The translations under genes and the position numbers were made by a program. From an uncultured Candidatus Saccharimonas sp. (GTDB taxonomy: Bacteria; Patescibacteriota; Saccharimonadia; Saccharimonadales; Saccharimonadaceae): a stretch of DNA of 52,067 nucleotides. The notes below the pieces were generated by a model that did no database searches, was not told the DNA's origin, and saw only the letters and a program-made list of their open reading frames with translations. Location: the NCBI GenBank assembly GCA_964531915.1, contig CAZHFQ010000001.1, positions 1-52,067 of the forward strand, read 5' to 3'. Below are positions 23,451-33,560 of this stretch, piece after piece; the stretch's first letter is position 1; each line of letters begins with the position of its first letter.

Positions 23451-24419
23451 ATGTCAAATTATCGAACAGCCGAGAGTGTTTCGCCAAAACACCCAGACAA
23501 AATATGTGATCAAATATCCGATGCTATTTTGGACGCCTACCTATCTCAGGATCCAAACACCAGAGCCGGGATTGAAGTAATGGGTGGGCATGGTATTGTT
23601 TTTGTAACAGGTGAAGTCACGTCCAAAGCAAAAAGTATTGATATAGAATCTATTGTTAAACGGCTTGCAGGGAAAGTAAAATTAATCGAAAACATAGCAA
23701 CTCAAAGCCCCGAAATTGCCCAGGGTGTTGATATTGGCGGAGCTGGCGATCAGGGCATTATGATTGGTTATGCTTGTAGTGAAACTCCTGAACTATTACC
23801 ACTTGAAACTGTTTTATCACGACGGCTCAATCAACATATTTATAAAAAGTGGCCTTATGACGGCAAAACACAAATATCACTTACAGATGGCCAGATTTCG
23901 TCAATTGTCGCAAGTTTTCAAAATGCCAAACGCGATGAACTACTTAAAAGTGTTAAAAAGTGGCTTGAAAACGAACCGCTAGCAAAATACTCAAACATAG
24001 ACTTTCATATTAATCCAGCAGGTGATTGGCAAATTGGCGGTTTTACGGCTGACGCAGGTCTAACTGGTCGCAAATTGATTGTCGATAACTATGGCCCACG
24101 CATCCCAATTGGTGGTGGTGCATTTAGTGGCAAAGACCCCAGTAAAGTTGATCGTTCGGCAGCATATATGGGTCGCAAAATTGCAGTTGATTATCTAAAA
24201 AAGCGAAATGCAAGTGAAGTTTACGTACGGCTTGCCTATGCTATTGGGCATAACCAACCGCTTGAAGCTACCGTAATTATAGACGGAGTACAAGAACAAG
24301 TTAAAGGATATGACCTTTCTCCTAATGGGATTATTAAAACTCTTAAATTAAAACAACCAATTTATGAAGAGACTGCTCGTTTCGGTCATTTTGGCCACAA
24401 AGGTTTTAGTTGGGAATAA
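23451..24419 (+). CDS. metK: S-adenosylmethionine synthetase, compact 322-aa form
   Basis: Signatures are HPDKICDQISDAILDA, GAGDQGIMIGYA, GGGAFSGKDPSKVDRSAAY and a C-terminal ARFGHFG. Several segments present in the ~384-aa E. coli enzyme are missing. Confidence 0.9.
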   Translation: MSNYRTAESVSPKHPDKICDQISDAILDAYLSQDPNTRAGIEVMGGHGIVFVTGEVTSKAKSIDIESIVKRLAGKVKLIENIATQSPEIAQGVDIGGAGDQGIMIGYACSETPELLPLETVLSRRLNQHIYKKWPYDGKTQISLTDGQISSIVASFQNAKRDELLKSVKKWLENEPLAKYSNIDFHINPAGDWQIGGFTADAGLTGRKLIVDNYGPRIPIGGGAFSGKDPSKVDRSAAYMGRKIAVDYLKKRNASEVYVRLAYAIGHNQPLEATVIIDGVQEQVKGYDLSPNGIIKTLKLKQPIYEETARFGHFGHKGFSWE

Positions 24420-24461
24420 TCAGAAATACCTTTGTCCACGCTCTGCCTTATTTGATATATA

Positions 24462-25826
24462 ATGTCTGTAATGGATTTGAGAAATACTATCACAGTACTT
24501 GGTGCCGGTTACGTAGGTCTAACAACCGCAGCTTTGCTTGCGCATTCCGGGTTTAAGGTTTTTGCAGTAGAGCCAAACAAAGAAAGACTTAAAGTAATTA
24601 AAAAAGGTAAATCATTTTTTTACGAACAAGGTCTGGACCCTGTTATAAAAACTGCAATAAAATCAGGTAACTTAATCCCAACCGACTCTTATAAGGTCAG
24701 CGTTTCTAAAAGTGATGTTATATTTTCCAGCGTTGGCACGCCTGACAACCCAGACGGCAGTTCCAACCTTACTTACGTATTCAGTGCCGCCAAAGAAGCT
24801 GCTAAGTATATGAAACATGGCGCGATTTACGTCCAAAAAAGCACAGTCCCCGTCGGCACAGGTAATATAATAGAAGATAGCTTCGCAGACCTGGATAAAA
24901 ACATTTCTTATGTTTCAAACCCGGAGTTTTTGCGCGAAGGGACCGCTCTTTACGATACTTTGTTTTTTGATAGAGTCGTAGCCGGAGGCAAAGACAAAAA
25001 ATCCGTGAATCAAATCCTGAATATATATCGACAGCTTGAAGAAAATAGAGATAAGATTGCGGAAATATCAAGAGTCGAGGTTAACCCCCGAAAGGGCAAA
25101 TACATTGCAACCAGCCTTAATAGCGCCGAGTTAATAAAAGTTACTGCAAATGCTTTTCTGGCATTAAAAATTTCGTTCGCAAACTCTATTGCAAAACTCG
25201 CCGATAAAGTTGACGCCGATGTTGTCGAGGTTATGGACGCTGTTGGTGCAGATGAGCGCATCGGGCGTGCGTTTTTGAACGCCGGCCGTGGTTATGGTGG
25301 AGGTTGCTTCCCAAAGGATGTCAGTGGGTTAATCGCAAGTGGGATGCAAAATGGTATCGATTTAGGAATTATGAATGCAGCGCAGACATTAAATAGTTCA
25401 ATGCCTGGTTATATTGTTGAAAAACTTCAAAACGCAATTGGAGGAAACCTCGATGGCAAAAAGGTTGCAGTTTTGGGACTTGCATTCAAATCAGGAACCA
25501 GTGATGTCCGTCGCTCGCCTGGTGTACTATTGGCAAATTCTCTCAACAAAGCAAATGCTATAGTTACAACCTTCGACCCACAAGCAAACCATGAAGCGTC
25601 AGAAGATTTGCGAAAAGGCATTATTCAATGTGAATCAATCGAAAATGCAATCAAGGACGTTGATAGTATTGTTATCGCAACCGAATGGCCAGAATTCCTA
25701 AATTATGACTTGAAAATATATGCCAAAATTATGCATAATGGCAAAATATTTGTCGACGCCATCAATTGTTTTCCCGTCATGGATATTAAGTCAGCCGGCA
25801 TGGAGTACATAGGCGTAGGCCGTTAA
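24462..25826 (+). CDS. UDP-glucose/GDP-mannose dehydrogenase family protein (UDP-glucose 6-dehydrogenase-like)
   Basis: It has an N-terminal Rossmann fold VLGAGYVGLTTAALLA and the catalytic Cys motif GGGCFPKD. Confidence 0.8.
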   Translation: MSVMDLRNTITVLGAGYVGLTTAALLAHSGFKVFAVEPNKERLKVIKKGKSFFYEQGLDPVIKTAIKSGNLIPTDSYKVSVSKSDVIFSSVGTPDNPDGSSNLTYVFSAAKEAAKYMKHGAIYVQKSTVPVGTGNIIEDSFADLDKNISYVSNPEFLREGTALYDTLFFDRVVAGGKDKKSVNQILNIYRQLEENRDKIAEISRVEVNPRKGKYIATSLNSAELIKVTANAFLALKISFANSIAKLADKVDADVVEVMDAVGADERIGRAFLNAGRGYGGGCFPKDVSGLIASGMQNGIDLGIMNAAQTLNSSMPGYIVEKLQNAIGGNLDGKKVAVLGLAFKSGTSDVRRSPGVLLANSLNKANAIVTTFDPQANHEASEDLRKGIIQCESIENAIKDVDSIVIATEWPEFLNYDLKIYAKIMHNGKIFVDAINCFPVMDIKSAGMEYIGVGR

Positions 25827-25846
25827 AATGGTACAATAATAAATAT

Positions 25847-26797
25847 ATGAAAGTATTTGTTCAAATCCCCTGTTTAAACGAGGAGACTACGTTACCGCTG
25901 GTTCTTGAGTCTATCCCAAAAAAAATTAAAAATGTCGATGATTTAGAAGTTCTAATAATCGATGACGGATCAACTGATAAAACTATTGCTGTTGCAAAAA
26001 AATATGGCGTCAAGCACTTCGTAAAACATACCCGCAACATGGGGCTGGCACGTTCTTTTCGCGACGGCGTAGACTATGCCTTGCAACACGGGGCAGACAT
26101 TGTAGTAAACACTGATGGCGACAACCAATACCCCCAAAGCCGAATTGCCGATTTAGTACAGCCAATAATTGATGGTTCTGCAGATATCGTTATCGGCGAT
26201 CGCCAAACCTCAAAAGTTGCGCATTTTTCACCATTCAAAAAATTCATGCAACGATTTGGTAGTTGGGTTGTAAACAAGGCCGCCGGTACAGAACTCCCTG
26301 ATGCAGCCAGCGGGTTTCGTGCATATTCCCGTGGCTCTTTATATAAACTAAATGTAGTAACAAGGTTTAGTTATTGCATGGAAACGATTATTCAAGCGGG
26401 TAATAAACGACTGCGAATTTCTAGTGTTACTATTGAAACGAACAAGAAAACCCGTGAGTCCCGTTTGTTCAAGAATATCGGGCAGCATATGATGCAATCT
26501 GGAAAAGCAATCCTACGTAGTTATATTATGTTCAAGCCACATGTTATATTCCTAACTCTTGGTATATTATTTGGTCTTGCGGGCCTAATCCCGTTTATAC
26601 GGTACTTATTCTATTTTTTTTCTGGAGTAGGCAATGGACATCTTCAATCACTTATTTTTGGGAGTTCAATGCTCGTCGGTTCGTTATTATCGTTCGCACT
26701 GATGGTAATTTCTGATTTATTAAGGACTAATCGTATTTTACTCGAAGACCAGCTAGAGCGTATCAAAGAGATTCAATATAAAAAAAGTGGACAATAG
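25847..26797 (+). CDS. GT2 polyprenyl-phosphate glycosyltransferase (DPM1/GtrB-like) with C-terminal TM helices
   Basis: Signatures are VQIPCLNEE, LIIDDGSTDKT and TDGDNQY, with two C-terminal hydrophobic helices. Confidence 0.75.
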   Translation: MKVFVQIPCLNEETTLPLVLESIPKKIKNVDDLEVLIIDDGSTDKTIAVAKKYGVKHFVKHTRNMGLARSFRDGVDYALQHGADIVVNTDGDNQYPQSRIADLVQPIIDGSADIVIGDRQTSKVAHFSPFKKFMQRFGSWVVNKAAGTELPDAASGFRAYSRGSLYKLNVVTRFSYCMETIIQAGNKRLRISSVTIETNKKTRESRLFKNIGQHMMQSGKAILRSYIMFKPHVIFLTLGILFGLAGLIPFIRYLFYFFSGVGNGHLQSLIFGSSMLVGSLLSFALMVISDLLRTNRILLEDQLERIKEIQYKKSGQ

Positions 26798-26817
26798 AAC
26801 TGTTTGGGAGTTGTAAA

Positions 26818-27936
26818 TTAAAGGTCACGACAAAATTTAATAATACTTTTAGACATAGCGTCCCAGCTGTTCTCTTCACATAGTTTATGTATTGATTTTC
26901 TCGTACTTTTTGCTTTTTGACGATTAATACCCTTAATTGCATTTGCCAAATCCTCGGGTGAATTTGGGGCTACTAACCAGCCAGTTTTTCCCTCGACCAC
27001 CGCATCATTAAGACCGCCAACGCGCGTCCCTAAAATAGGCTTACCATAATTATATGCCAACGCCGCCACTGCACTACCTGTTGCAGATTTATACGGCAGA
27101 ACGATAACATCTGCTCGTGCAAAATATTCTGCTGCTTGAGCATCACTAACATAGTTAAAATGCATTTCAAGACCTGAAATTTTTTTACTTTTTATATCCT
27201 GCTCAAGTTGGTTTCTATCAAGCCATACTTCACCCGCTATTGTTATATATAATTCTTGATCATTCAACAACGTAAGTGCCTCTATCAACGTATCTAGTCC
27301 TTTATAAGGTCGTATGAACCCGAAGTAAAGCAACTCAAGCCGACCTCTTTTTTTTAAAATATTCTTCGCAGGGGGGTAATGATTAAAAATGGGCAACAGG
27401 CGTTGTATGATTTTGGCTTTTGAGAAATTACTACGTAATATTTTAGCCTGTTCGGTTGCATGAATCAGATAACCATCAGCTTGTCCAAGGAAAAATCTGC
27501 TTAATTTTTGGACTATTACATTCGAATCGTGATCAAACACGTTATGACAAATATATACGACTTTTATATTATGCTTCCTTGCACGACGTGCTATATAAGC
27601 AAGCCCAGGTTGCCAAAAAAGCGTCCACCATGTTATCAAGACAACGTCAGTCTTATCGGAAATAATCTTGTTTGCAGTTTTTTTAAGGCTAAATAACGAA
27701 TATGTATCGATTATATATCTAATGTTCCCGAGTTTATCTACCCCACTAGCTAACCCTTTGCTCCTTTTACCTGGGTATAACCATTTGGGGTAAAGACGTT
27801 TGAATGAAACTACATTTACGTCGGCATAATTCATTAATGCTCGGTTAAGTTGGGTATTATATTGGGCTACCCCTCCCCTGTAGGGGTTTATGGGTCCTAC
27901 TAACGTAATTTTTATTTTATCACTATTATCACACAT
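26818..27936 (-). CDS. GT4 glycosyltransferase
   Basis: It has the GT-B C-terminal region SATGSAVAALAYNYGKPILGTRVGGLNDAVVEGKTGWLV. Confidence 0.7.
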   Translation of the reverse strand: MCDNSDKIKITLVGPINPYRGGVAQYNTQLNRALMNYADVNVVSFKRLYPKWLYPGKRSKGLASGVDKLGNIRYIIDTYSLFSLKKTANKIISDKTDVVLITWWTLFWQPGLAYIARRARKHNIKVVYICHNVFDHDSNVIVQKLSRFFLGQADGYLIHATEQAKILRSNFSKAKIIQRLLPIFNHYPPAKNILKKRGRLELLYFGFIRPYKGLDTLIEALTLLNDQELYITIAGEVWLDRNQLEQDIKSKKISGLEMHFNYVSDAQAAEYFARADVIVLPYKSATGSAVAALAYNYGKPILGTRVGGLNDAVVEGKTGWLVAPNSPEDLANAIKGINRQKAKSTRKSIHKLCEENSWDAMSKSIIKFCRDL

Positions 27937-27965
27937 AAGGTCGAAGGTTGTTGGTTAACCATTTT

Positions 27966-28679
27966 TCATATTTTGGTTAGTTTATATAATATCTGATTCC
28001 CAAATAGACTTGGCATCATTCTTTCAAGAGGAACAAGTAGTTTAATCCCCATCCCTGACGTAACTACAACTTTATCTACTTTATAGCCTTGGTGGTGTGC
28101 CCAATAAATAAAGTCTTTATTAGTCCAAAAGCGTATATGTTCTTTGACATGCTGCTTGATAACCACCAAAGGGAATCTACCAAACATCAAGCGAAAACGA
28201 TGGATAAAAAACCCTGTGTTTGGTATTGATATAAAAAGTGCCCTTTCAATATGATTGTGCAATAAGGACACTACCGTTTCGAGATCCTGAATATGCTCAA
28301 GTACCTCTGTAATAACAACGTAATCGAATTTTTTAGCTTTTAAAAACTTTTTAAATTCATCGCTAGTGACATCAACAATCTCGGCATTAAACCTTTTTTT
28401 AATAACATGTTCAACCGCAGTCTTTGATATATCAATCCCCTGTACGTCCTTAAGTTTGTTGTGTTTGGACAAATACTCAATTACGGTTCCATCCCCACAA
28501 CCTACATCTAAAAGAGTGGTTCCGTTGTCAATCAGTTTTGTTAATTTTTTAGCGCGTTCGAGAGAAGGGGCATTAAACCCCCTCCTCTCCCAATATTCAT
28601 CGTAATCTTTAAAATTATTGTCAAGCATCATGGGTCTAAAAAGTATTGTCATAGCTTTTGATATTTTATTCACTCTCAA
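27966..28679 (-). CDS. Class I SAM-dependent methyltransferase (MetW-like)
   Basis: Motif I is LLDVGCGDGTVIEYL, followed by VITEVLEHI. Confidence 0.75.
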   Translation of the reverse strand: MRVNKISKAMTILFRPMMLDNNFKDYDEYWERRGFNAPSLERAKKLTKLIDNGTTLLDVGCGDGTVIEYLSKHNKLKDVQGIDISKTAVEHVIKKRFNAEIVDVTSDEFKKFLKAKKFDYVVITEVLEHIQDLETVVSLLHNHIERALFISIPNTGFFIHRFRLMFGRFPLVVIKQHVKEHIRFWTNKDFIYWAHHQGYKVDKVVVTSGMGIKLLVPLERMMPSLFGNQILYKLTKI

Positions 28680-28755
28680 CCTCCGTTAATTTTTACACAG
28701 CACCCAACGAAAACTCGCGTATTCCTTTAATTATAGCTTAAGATTATGGTTAAAT

Positions 28756-29931
28756 CTAGTTACCCAACAACGATTTAAGCCGTTTGTAATATCTTTCTGT
28801 AGATCTACCATCGGCTGTATTGCCATATGCAATTTCTTTAACTTTAATTATACTATCTGAATTCTTCTTAAGATACTTGTTCGGATTTTTAAGATATGAT
28901 TTTATTATTTTCTCAAAACTTTCAAAATCATCTATTATATCTGAAAACCGATTTTCGGGGGTTGAACGCCTCCGCAGATCATCCCCCTGGAACGGTGCGT
29001 TAATATTAATAAAAATCACTGGCCTATCAAGAACCAAAAAATCAAAAACTAATGAAGACCAGTCTGTCACTAAGATGTCCGTAATCGATAGAAGCTCCTC
29101 GGTATCTGGATAATCTCGAGTTGGCATTGAACGTATATGCTCGGATACATTATTGAGACTGCCGTCGCTTAACATGTGTGCCCTGAAAATGATAAAGGAG
29201 TTAGTAGATTTCGCAAACTCGTTGAGGTGAGATAATAGTTCATCTTGACTCATGCCAAAAGGTAAATCGCTTCTGCTGGGGTCATTCTGTTTCCAGGTTG
29301 GAGCAATCATTATAACCTTTTTATCAGGGATCGAGTAACGTTTTTTCACATCTTTGAAGGAACCATTTATCAAATTATCAACTCTACCATAACCAGTCGA
29401 AACTATTTTTGACTTTAATTGGTATCTATTAAGATAAAACTCTTTCATTATATTCGAAGACACCCATATCTCTTCGTAACTATTCAAATAGTTTAGAATC
29501 TTTGGGGTTTGGTTCTTAAGCATTGGAAGACCATGCCATACATCAACAAATTTTATATCCGTAAGTTTTGCTAAATAAAGTAAGGTTAGAGCCTCATAAT
29601 TTGTAACAATAACATCAGATTGAGCAACCCTTATCATGTCTTTAAGGTTTAACATATTGAGGGTTGGTAAATTTTGCTTGCCTTTATAAATTTCTAGATA
29701 TCCAGGAAAAGCAAGAAAATACATTCTTATGGATTTATCGTATTTGCAGATATAATCAGCCAGTGCCCTTGAATTACCGTGCATTTGATAAAAAAATACG
29801 ACGGTTTTTATTTTCCGATTTCGAAATATCCTGAAGGGTATTGCAATAAATATAAAAAGGGCACTGACAATAAGGAGTATCCAATGCATCGGGTTACTCT
29901 TATCTATTTTCATATTTTTATCGTATAACAA
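28756..29931 (-). CDS. CDP-glycerol glycerophosphotransferase (TagB/TagF family)
   Basis: MIAPTWKQ and ILVTDWSSLVFDFLVLDRPVIF are family signatures. It overlaps tagD by 14 nt. Confidence 0.8.
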   Translation of the reverse strand: MLYDKNMKIDKSNPMHWILLIVSALFIFIAIPFRIFRNRKIKTVVFFYQMHGNSRALADYICKYDKSIRMYFLAFPGYLEIYKGKQNLPTLNMLNLKDMIRVAQSDVIVTNYEALTLLYLAKLTDIKFVDVWHGLPMLKNQTPKILNYLNSYEEIWVSSNIMKEFYLNRYQLKSKIVSTGYGRVDNLINGSFKDVKKRYSIPDKKVIMIAPTWKQNDPSRSDLPFGMSQDELLSHLNEFAKSTNSFIIFRAHMLSDGSLNNVSEHIRSMPTRDYPDTEELLSITDILVTDWSSLVFDFLVLDRPVIFININAPFQGDDLRRRSTPENRFSDIIDDFESFEKIIKSYLKNPNKYLKKNSDSIIKVKEIAYGNTADGRSTERYYKRLKSLLGN

Positions 29932-30355
29932 GCTTTAGCTTTTTTGACATATTTTCGGAAGGTATCTCTTTTTGCATATTTTTTATAGCAGATGATGATA
30001 TGTCAGGCGTCCTCTCAAGATACACTACTTTACAATGCTCATTGAGCTCATCAAATTTACCAACCCAATCAGATCCCATCACAAATATATCTATCCCATA
30101 ATCCAATATGTCGGTGATTTTTTGTTCCCAGTTTTTTTCTGGTATTACGCGATCAACATACCTAATAGATTCAATTAGTCTTTTCCTTTTATTATAGTCG
30201 AACTTTGATTTTTTGCCTTTAATTGCATTAAATTCGTCCGAAGAGAGAGCAACAATTAGATCCCCTCCCATAGCTAAATCCTTCGCACGCCTTAATAACT
30301 CAATATGGCCATAATGCAATAAATCAAAAGTCCCATAAGTAATAACTGTTTTCAT
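29918..30355 (-). CDS. tagD: Glycerol-3-phosphate cytidylyltransferase
   Basis: MKTVITYGTFDLLHYGHIELLRRAK is the HxGH cytidylyltransferase motif. Size is ~145 aa from Met7 of the track ORF. Confidence 0.9.
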   Translation of the reverse strand: MKTVITYGTFDLLHYGHIELLRRAKDLAMGGDLIVALSSDEFNAIKGKKSKFDYNKRKRLIESIRYVDRVIPEKNWEQKITDILDYGIDIFVMGSDWVGKFDELNEHCKVVYLERTPDISSSAIKNMQKEIPSENMSKKLKLVIR

Positions 30356-30403
30356 AATATATATTATACACATATGTTGGCGATAGATATATAATGGGGG
30401 GAA

Positions 30404-31339
30404 GTGTTTTTAAGAAAACTTAATAAATTTATACCTTATGCATTCTATTCATTGCTAGTATTGTTTTTGTTTGTATACTTAAAGAATATCGATTTCAACG
30501 AATTTAGTTCAGCTCAATTTAACTGGTACTACCTGTTAATATCAGGTCTATTTGCATTGGCTACTCGATTTTGGCAAGTAGCTATATGGTTTTCGCTCTT
30601 AAAGGGTTTGGGAGCAAAGAATATTAAAGACAGTCGATCAGAATTAACATTTGTTTACGCAAAATCTTGGCTTGGCAGATATATACCAGGTACCGCACCG
30701 TGGATATTAGGTAAGATATATTTCGCCTCAAAACACGGTATATCGAAAAACAAACTTGCCGTAAGCTCCATGCTAGAGGGTGTACTACAAATAACGGTTG
30801 TTATGGCTATGGCTTTCATGATGTTGCTTTTTGATAGCCGTTTAAATGTAATAGACATAAAATTCAAACTCATTATGATCACAGCTCTCATTGTTTGTGT
30901 TATAGCTATTCTTCCTCCAATATTTAACCGTATTATTTCAGCTGCTTCTAGAATAGTCAAAAGGGGTAGATTGAGCGACGATCATAAAGCAGACTCAAAG
31001 ACTATCCTGACCGGGTCAGTCATGTATGCCGTTGGGGCTTTATTGAGTGGCATATCGTTATTCTTTATTGCAAAAGCTGTTTACCCTGGTCTAGAAAATT
31101 CTGACATATTCTTTGTTATGGGAGCAGGCAACCTAGCTAGTGCGGTTAGTATGCTGGTAATATTCGCCCCTAGCGGTATTGGAGTACGTGAAGGAATCCA
31201 ATTAACATTACTTAGCGTCATTATGCCAACTGAAATAGCCTTACTCGTAACCATTACGACTCGATTATGGAGTGTCGCTATGGATTTCGTTTTTTTTGGC
31301 TTGACCTTAATGATAAAAAAATATTTTTCGTCTTATTAA
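30404..31339 (+). CDS. Flippase-like / LPG-synthase-TM (UPF0104) membrane protein
   Basis: About 8 TM helices, with a pattern including SWLGRYIPGTAPW typical of UPF0104 proteins. Confidence 0.55.
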   Translation: MFLRKLNKFIPYAFYSLLVLFLFVYLKNIDFNEFSSAQFNWYYLLISGLFALATRFWQVAIWFSLLKGLGAKNIKDSRSELTFVYAKSWLGRYIPGTAPWILGKIYFASKHGISKNKLAVSSMLEGVLQITVVMAMAFMMLLFDSRLNVIDIKFKLIMITALIVCVIAILPPIFNRIISAASRIVKRGRLSDDHKADSKTILTGSVMYAVGALLSGISLFFIAKAVYPGLENSDIFFVMGAGNLASAVSMLVIFAPSGIGVREGIQLTLLSVIMPTEIALLVTITTRLWSVAMDFVFFGLTLMIKKYFSSY

Positions 31340-31366
31340 TCCATATCGGGTTTACTTCGCACAAAA

Positions 31367-33424
31367 TTACCTACCCCCAAAACTTTTTATTACCTGAAAA
31401 CCCCCGTTGTCCTTTATCGTAGCCAAAGACATCCCAGCTCTAGTATCGTAAGCATATTGTGGAGGATTGATATTGCTACTTATTAGCTTATGACTATTAA
31501 AATTACTTACTTCCTTGAAATATTTTTGCGCATTTATGGGTATCAGATCCTCAAGTTGGTCACTATATACACCCAGGAACGGGATTACCCCGTGAGATCT
31601 AGCGACCTTGGCTATTTCTGCTAATTTCTTTGTATTTGGCTTGTATACTGTCTTGTAATCCGCCGCATTAAAACTGTAGGCATAAGCCTCAACATTGCAA
31701 TACGTCCTCGTTGGTTGGACTGCTTGAAGCCTTGCAGCCCCAACCCAAATTAGTACAGCATTTGAAGGGAGGTTAGCGCATAAACCGGGTATTACCCCAT
31801 ACTCAGCAGTGTTCCTAGTTTTCAAGAGCGGCCGTGATGTAGTAAGCGGAGCTATTATTAGCCCAAGGCTAGCAATAATAATTAAAGTGTTTTTAAATCG
31901 CAACGAAGATAGCTTTATTTTACCGGAAATTACAGATAGCATATAAACCCCAAAGATAACTATACCCGGCATAATCACTGGCAGCATGCGCCGTGAAGCC
32001 CAAATTTGATCTGGGAAAATACTTGGCTTTACAAAATATACTAGTGAAGTCCCCAGAATCACAAAAAGCCCACACAATAATAGTAGGCTTTTATCATGCA
32101 TGCTTTTATAAATTGCATATGCAAGTCCTACCAAACCAAGACATGCCAAAGTGCCCCCAATATACCAACTGATCCAAAAGGTTGTTAGATCCGAATAATT
32201 TCCTGAATAAACTGTACTTCTCATCCATATTGGCCTACTCAATAAAAATAACCCAAAAAGAAGCACTGATAATGCCCCGACTTTCGCCCTCCACTTTTTC
32301 GTCCTAGAATCAACCCATTTAATCGTATCGGGGTATTTAGTTGTTACCCAAATCGCTACTATACCAACCACGAACACCCCCAGTAACACAGCAACTTCTT
32401 GGTACATTAAATGCTTGATGTTTCCATAGTAATACCCTGAAAACAATTTCAGATCTAACCAAGCCAAAAAACACATTGCAACAACTGGCATAGCAAAAAA
32501 TAACGTTTGCAATCCTCTCTCTTTTCTTTCGACCTTTTTTGCAATAACATTATATAACGCAAAAAATGCCACAACACCAATCAAACTTAGATACACATCA
32601 ACTCGGGTCAGTACCCCCGCCCCGATAACTAAACCTGATAACCCCCAAAGAATTAGTTTTTTGTTTTTTTGAGCAATCCAAATTAAAGCTAACCCCCCAA
32701 ACATAAATGTAGCCGTAAGAGGTTCTGTATAAGTGTCCCTAGAGAAGTATATAAGTGGCATTGATGCTGCCATAACAGCCGTGCCGACCATTGCCCAGAA
32801 AGGGGGCATTAACAAGCTGGCAAAACAATATATTGCAAGCAATGCCGTCATACCGAATAATATATTGAAATGTAATAAATGCTTAGAACCAACAAATTTC
32901 CCGATTGAACCAAGAAGGGCAGGAAGAATATGCTGCCCCTGTACATCAATTTTATTTTGCCTATCTTTACTAACATCAAACCCAGCACTACTGGCGATCA
33001 CCCCTTTAACGTCTTTGAATGTATCTGGGTTATTGATCTGCAAATTAGTTCTTTCTGCCAGCCAGGAGGCTGCATTTGCGTAAATACCAGGGTCACGGTC
33101 AACTAGAACGTGTTGTGATGTAAAGAAAATATTGTATCCACCCCAAACTAATACCCCTGTGAGCACCAGCAAATTGCATATTTGCCTCATCTTTGTTGTA
33201 CCGGGATAAGGGATATTGGCAAATCTAAAGACAATTCCTCCGCAAATTACCGCAACAAATAAGCCAAGTGTCCATATTAACCCTGTCTGGAACTGATTTA
33301 TCAATAAAAGTATTATGTTTATTAAACTAAACCCAGCTAATCCAGCAATTACAGCAAGTGGCAATTTATCAAAAAAATTTGATAAATTTTCTTTTTTAAA
33401 TAATTTAACCCAAACTATTTTCAT
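31367..33424 (-). CDS. GT-C fold glycosyltransferase (ArnT/PMT, GT39-like) polytopic membrane protein
   Basis: A 685-aa protein with more than 12 helices. The first extracytoplasmic loop carries VDRDPGIYANAASW, a DxD/DE-like motif, and a C-terminal soluble domain follows. Confidence 0.6.
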   Translation of the reverse strand: MKIVWVKLFKKENLSNFFDKLPLAVIAGLAGFSLINIILLLINQFQTGLIWTLGLFVAVICGGIVFRFANIPYPGTTKMRQICNLLVLTGVLVWGGYNIFFTSQHVLVDRDPGIYANAASWLAERTNLQINNPDTFKDVKGVIASSAGFDVSKDRQNKIDVQGQHILPALLGSIGKFVGSKHLLHFNILFGMTALLAIYCFASLLMPPFWAMVGTAVMAASMPLIYFSRDTYTEPLTATFMFGGLALIWIAQKNKKLILWGLSGLVIGAGVLTRVDVYLSLIGVVAFFALYNVIAKKVERKERGLQTLFFAMPVVAMCFLAWLDLKLFSGYYYGNIKHLMYQEVAVLLGVFVVGIVAIWVTTKYPDTIKWVDSRTKKWRAKVGALSVLLFGLFLLSRPIWMRSTVYSGNYSDLTTFWISWYIGGTLACLGLVGLAYAIYKSMHDKSLLLLCGLFVILGTSLVYFVKPSIFPDQIWASRRMLPVIMPGIVIFGVYMLSVISGKIKLSSLRFKNTLIIIASLGLIIAPLTTSRPLLKTRNTAEYGVIPGLCANLPSNAVLIWVGAARLQAVQPTRTYCNVEAYAYSFNAADYKTVYKPNTKKLAEIAKVARSHGVIPFLGVYSDQLEDLIPINAQKYFKEVSNFNSHKLISSNINPPQYAYDTRAGMSLATIKDNGGFQVIKSFGGR

Positions 33425-33560
33425 TTAACCCCTAATTTTTGTATTTAACAACTTATGAAACTATAACACAAAATTTAAGACAGTATAAGTCTATAAGACA
33501 CTTGAAAATATATCCTATTTATGCTAGAATGGGCATATTGCAAAACCCTAAAATAAAAAT

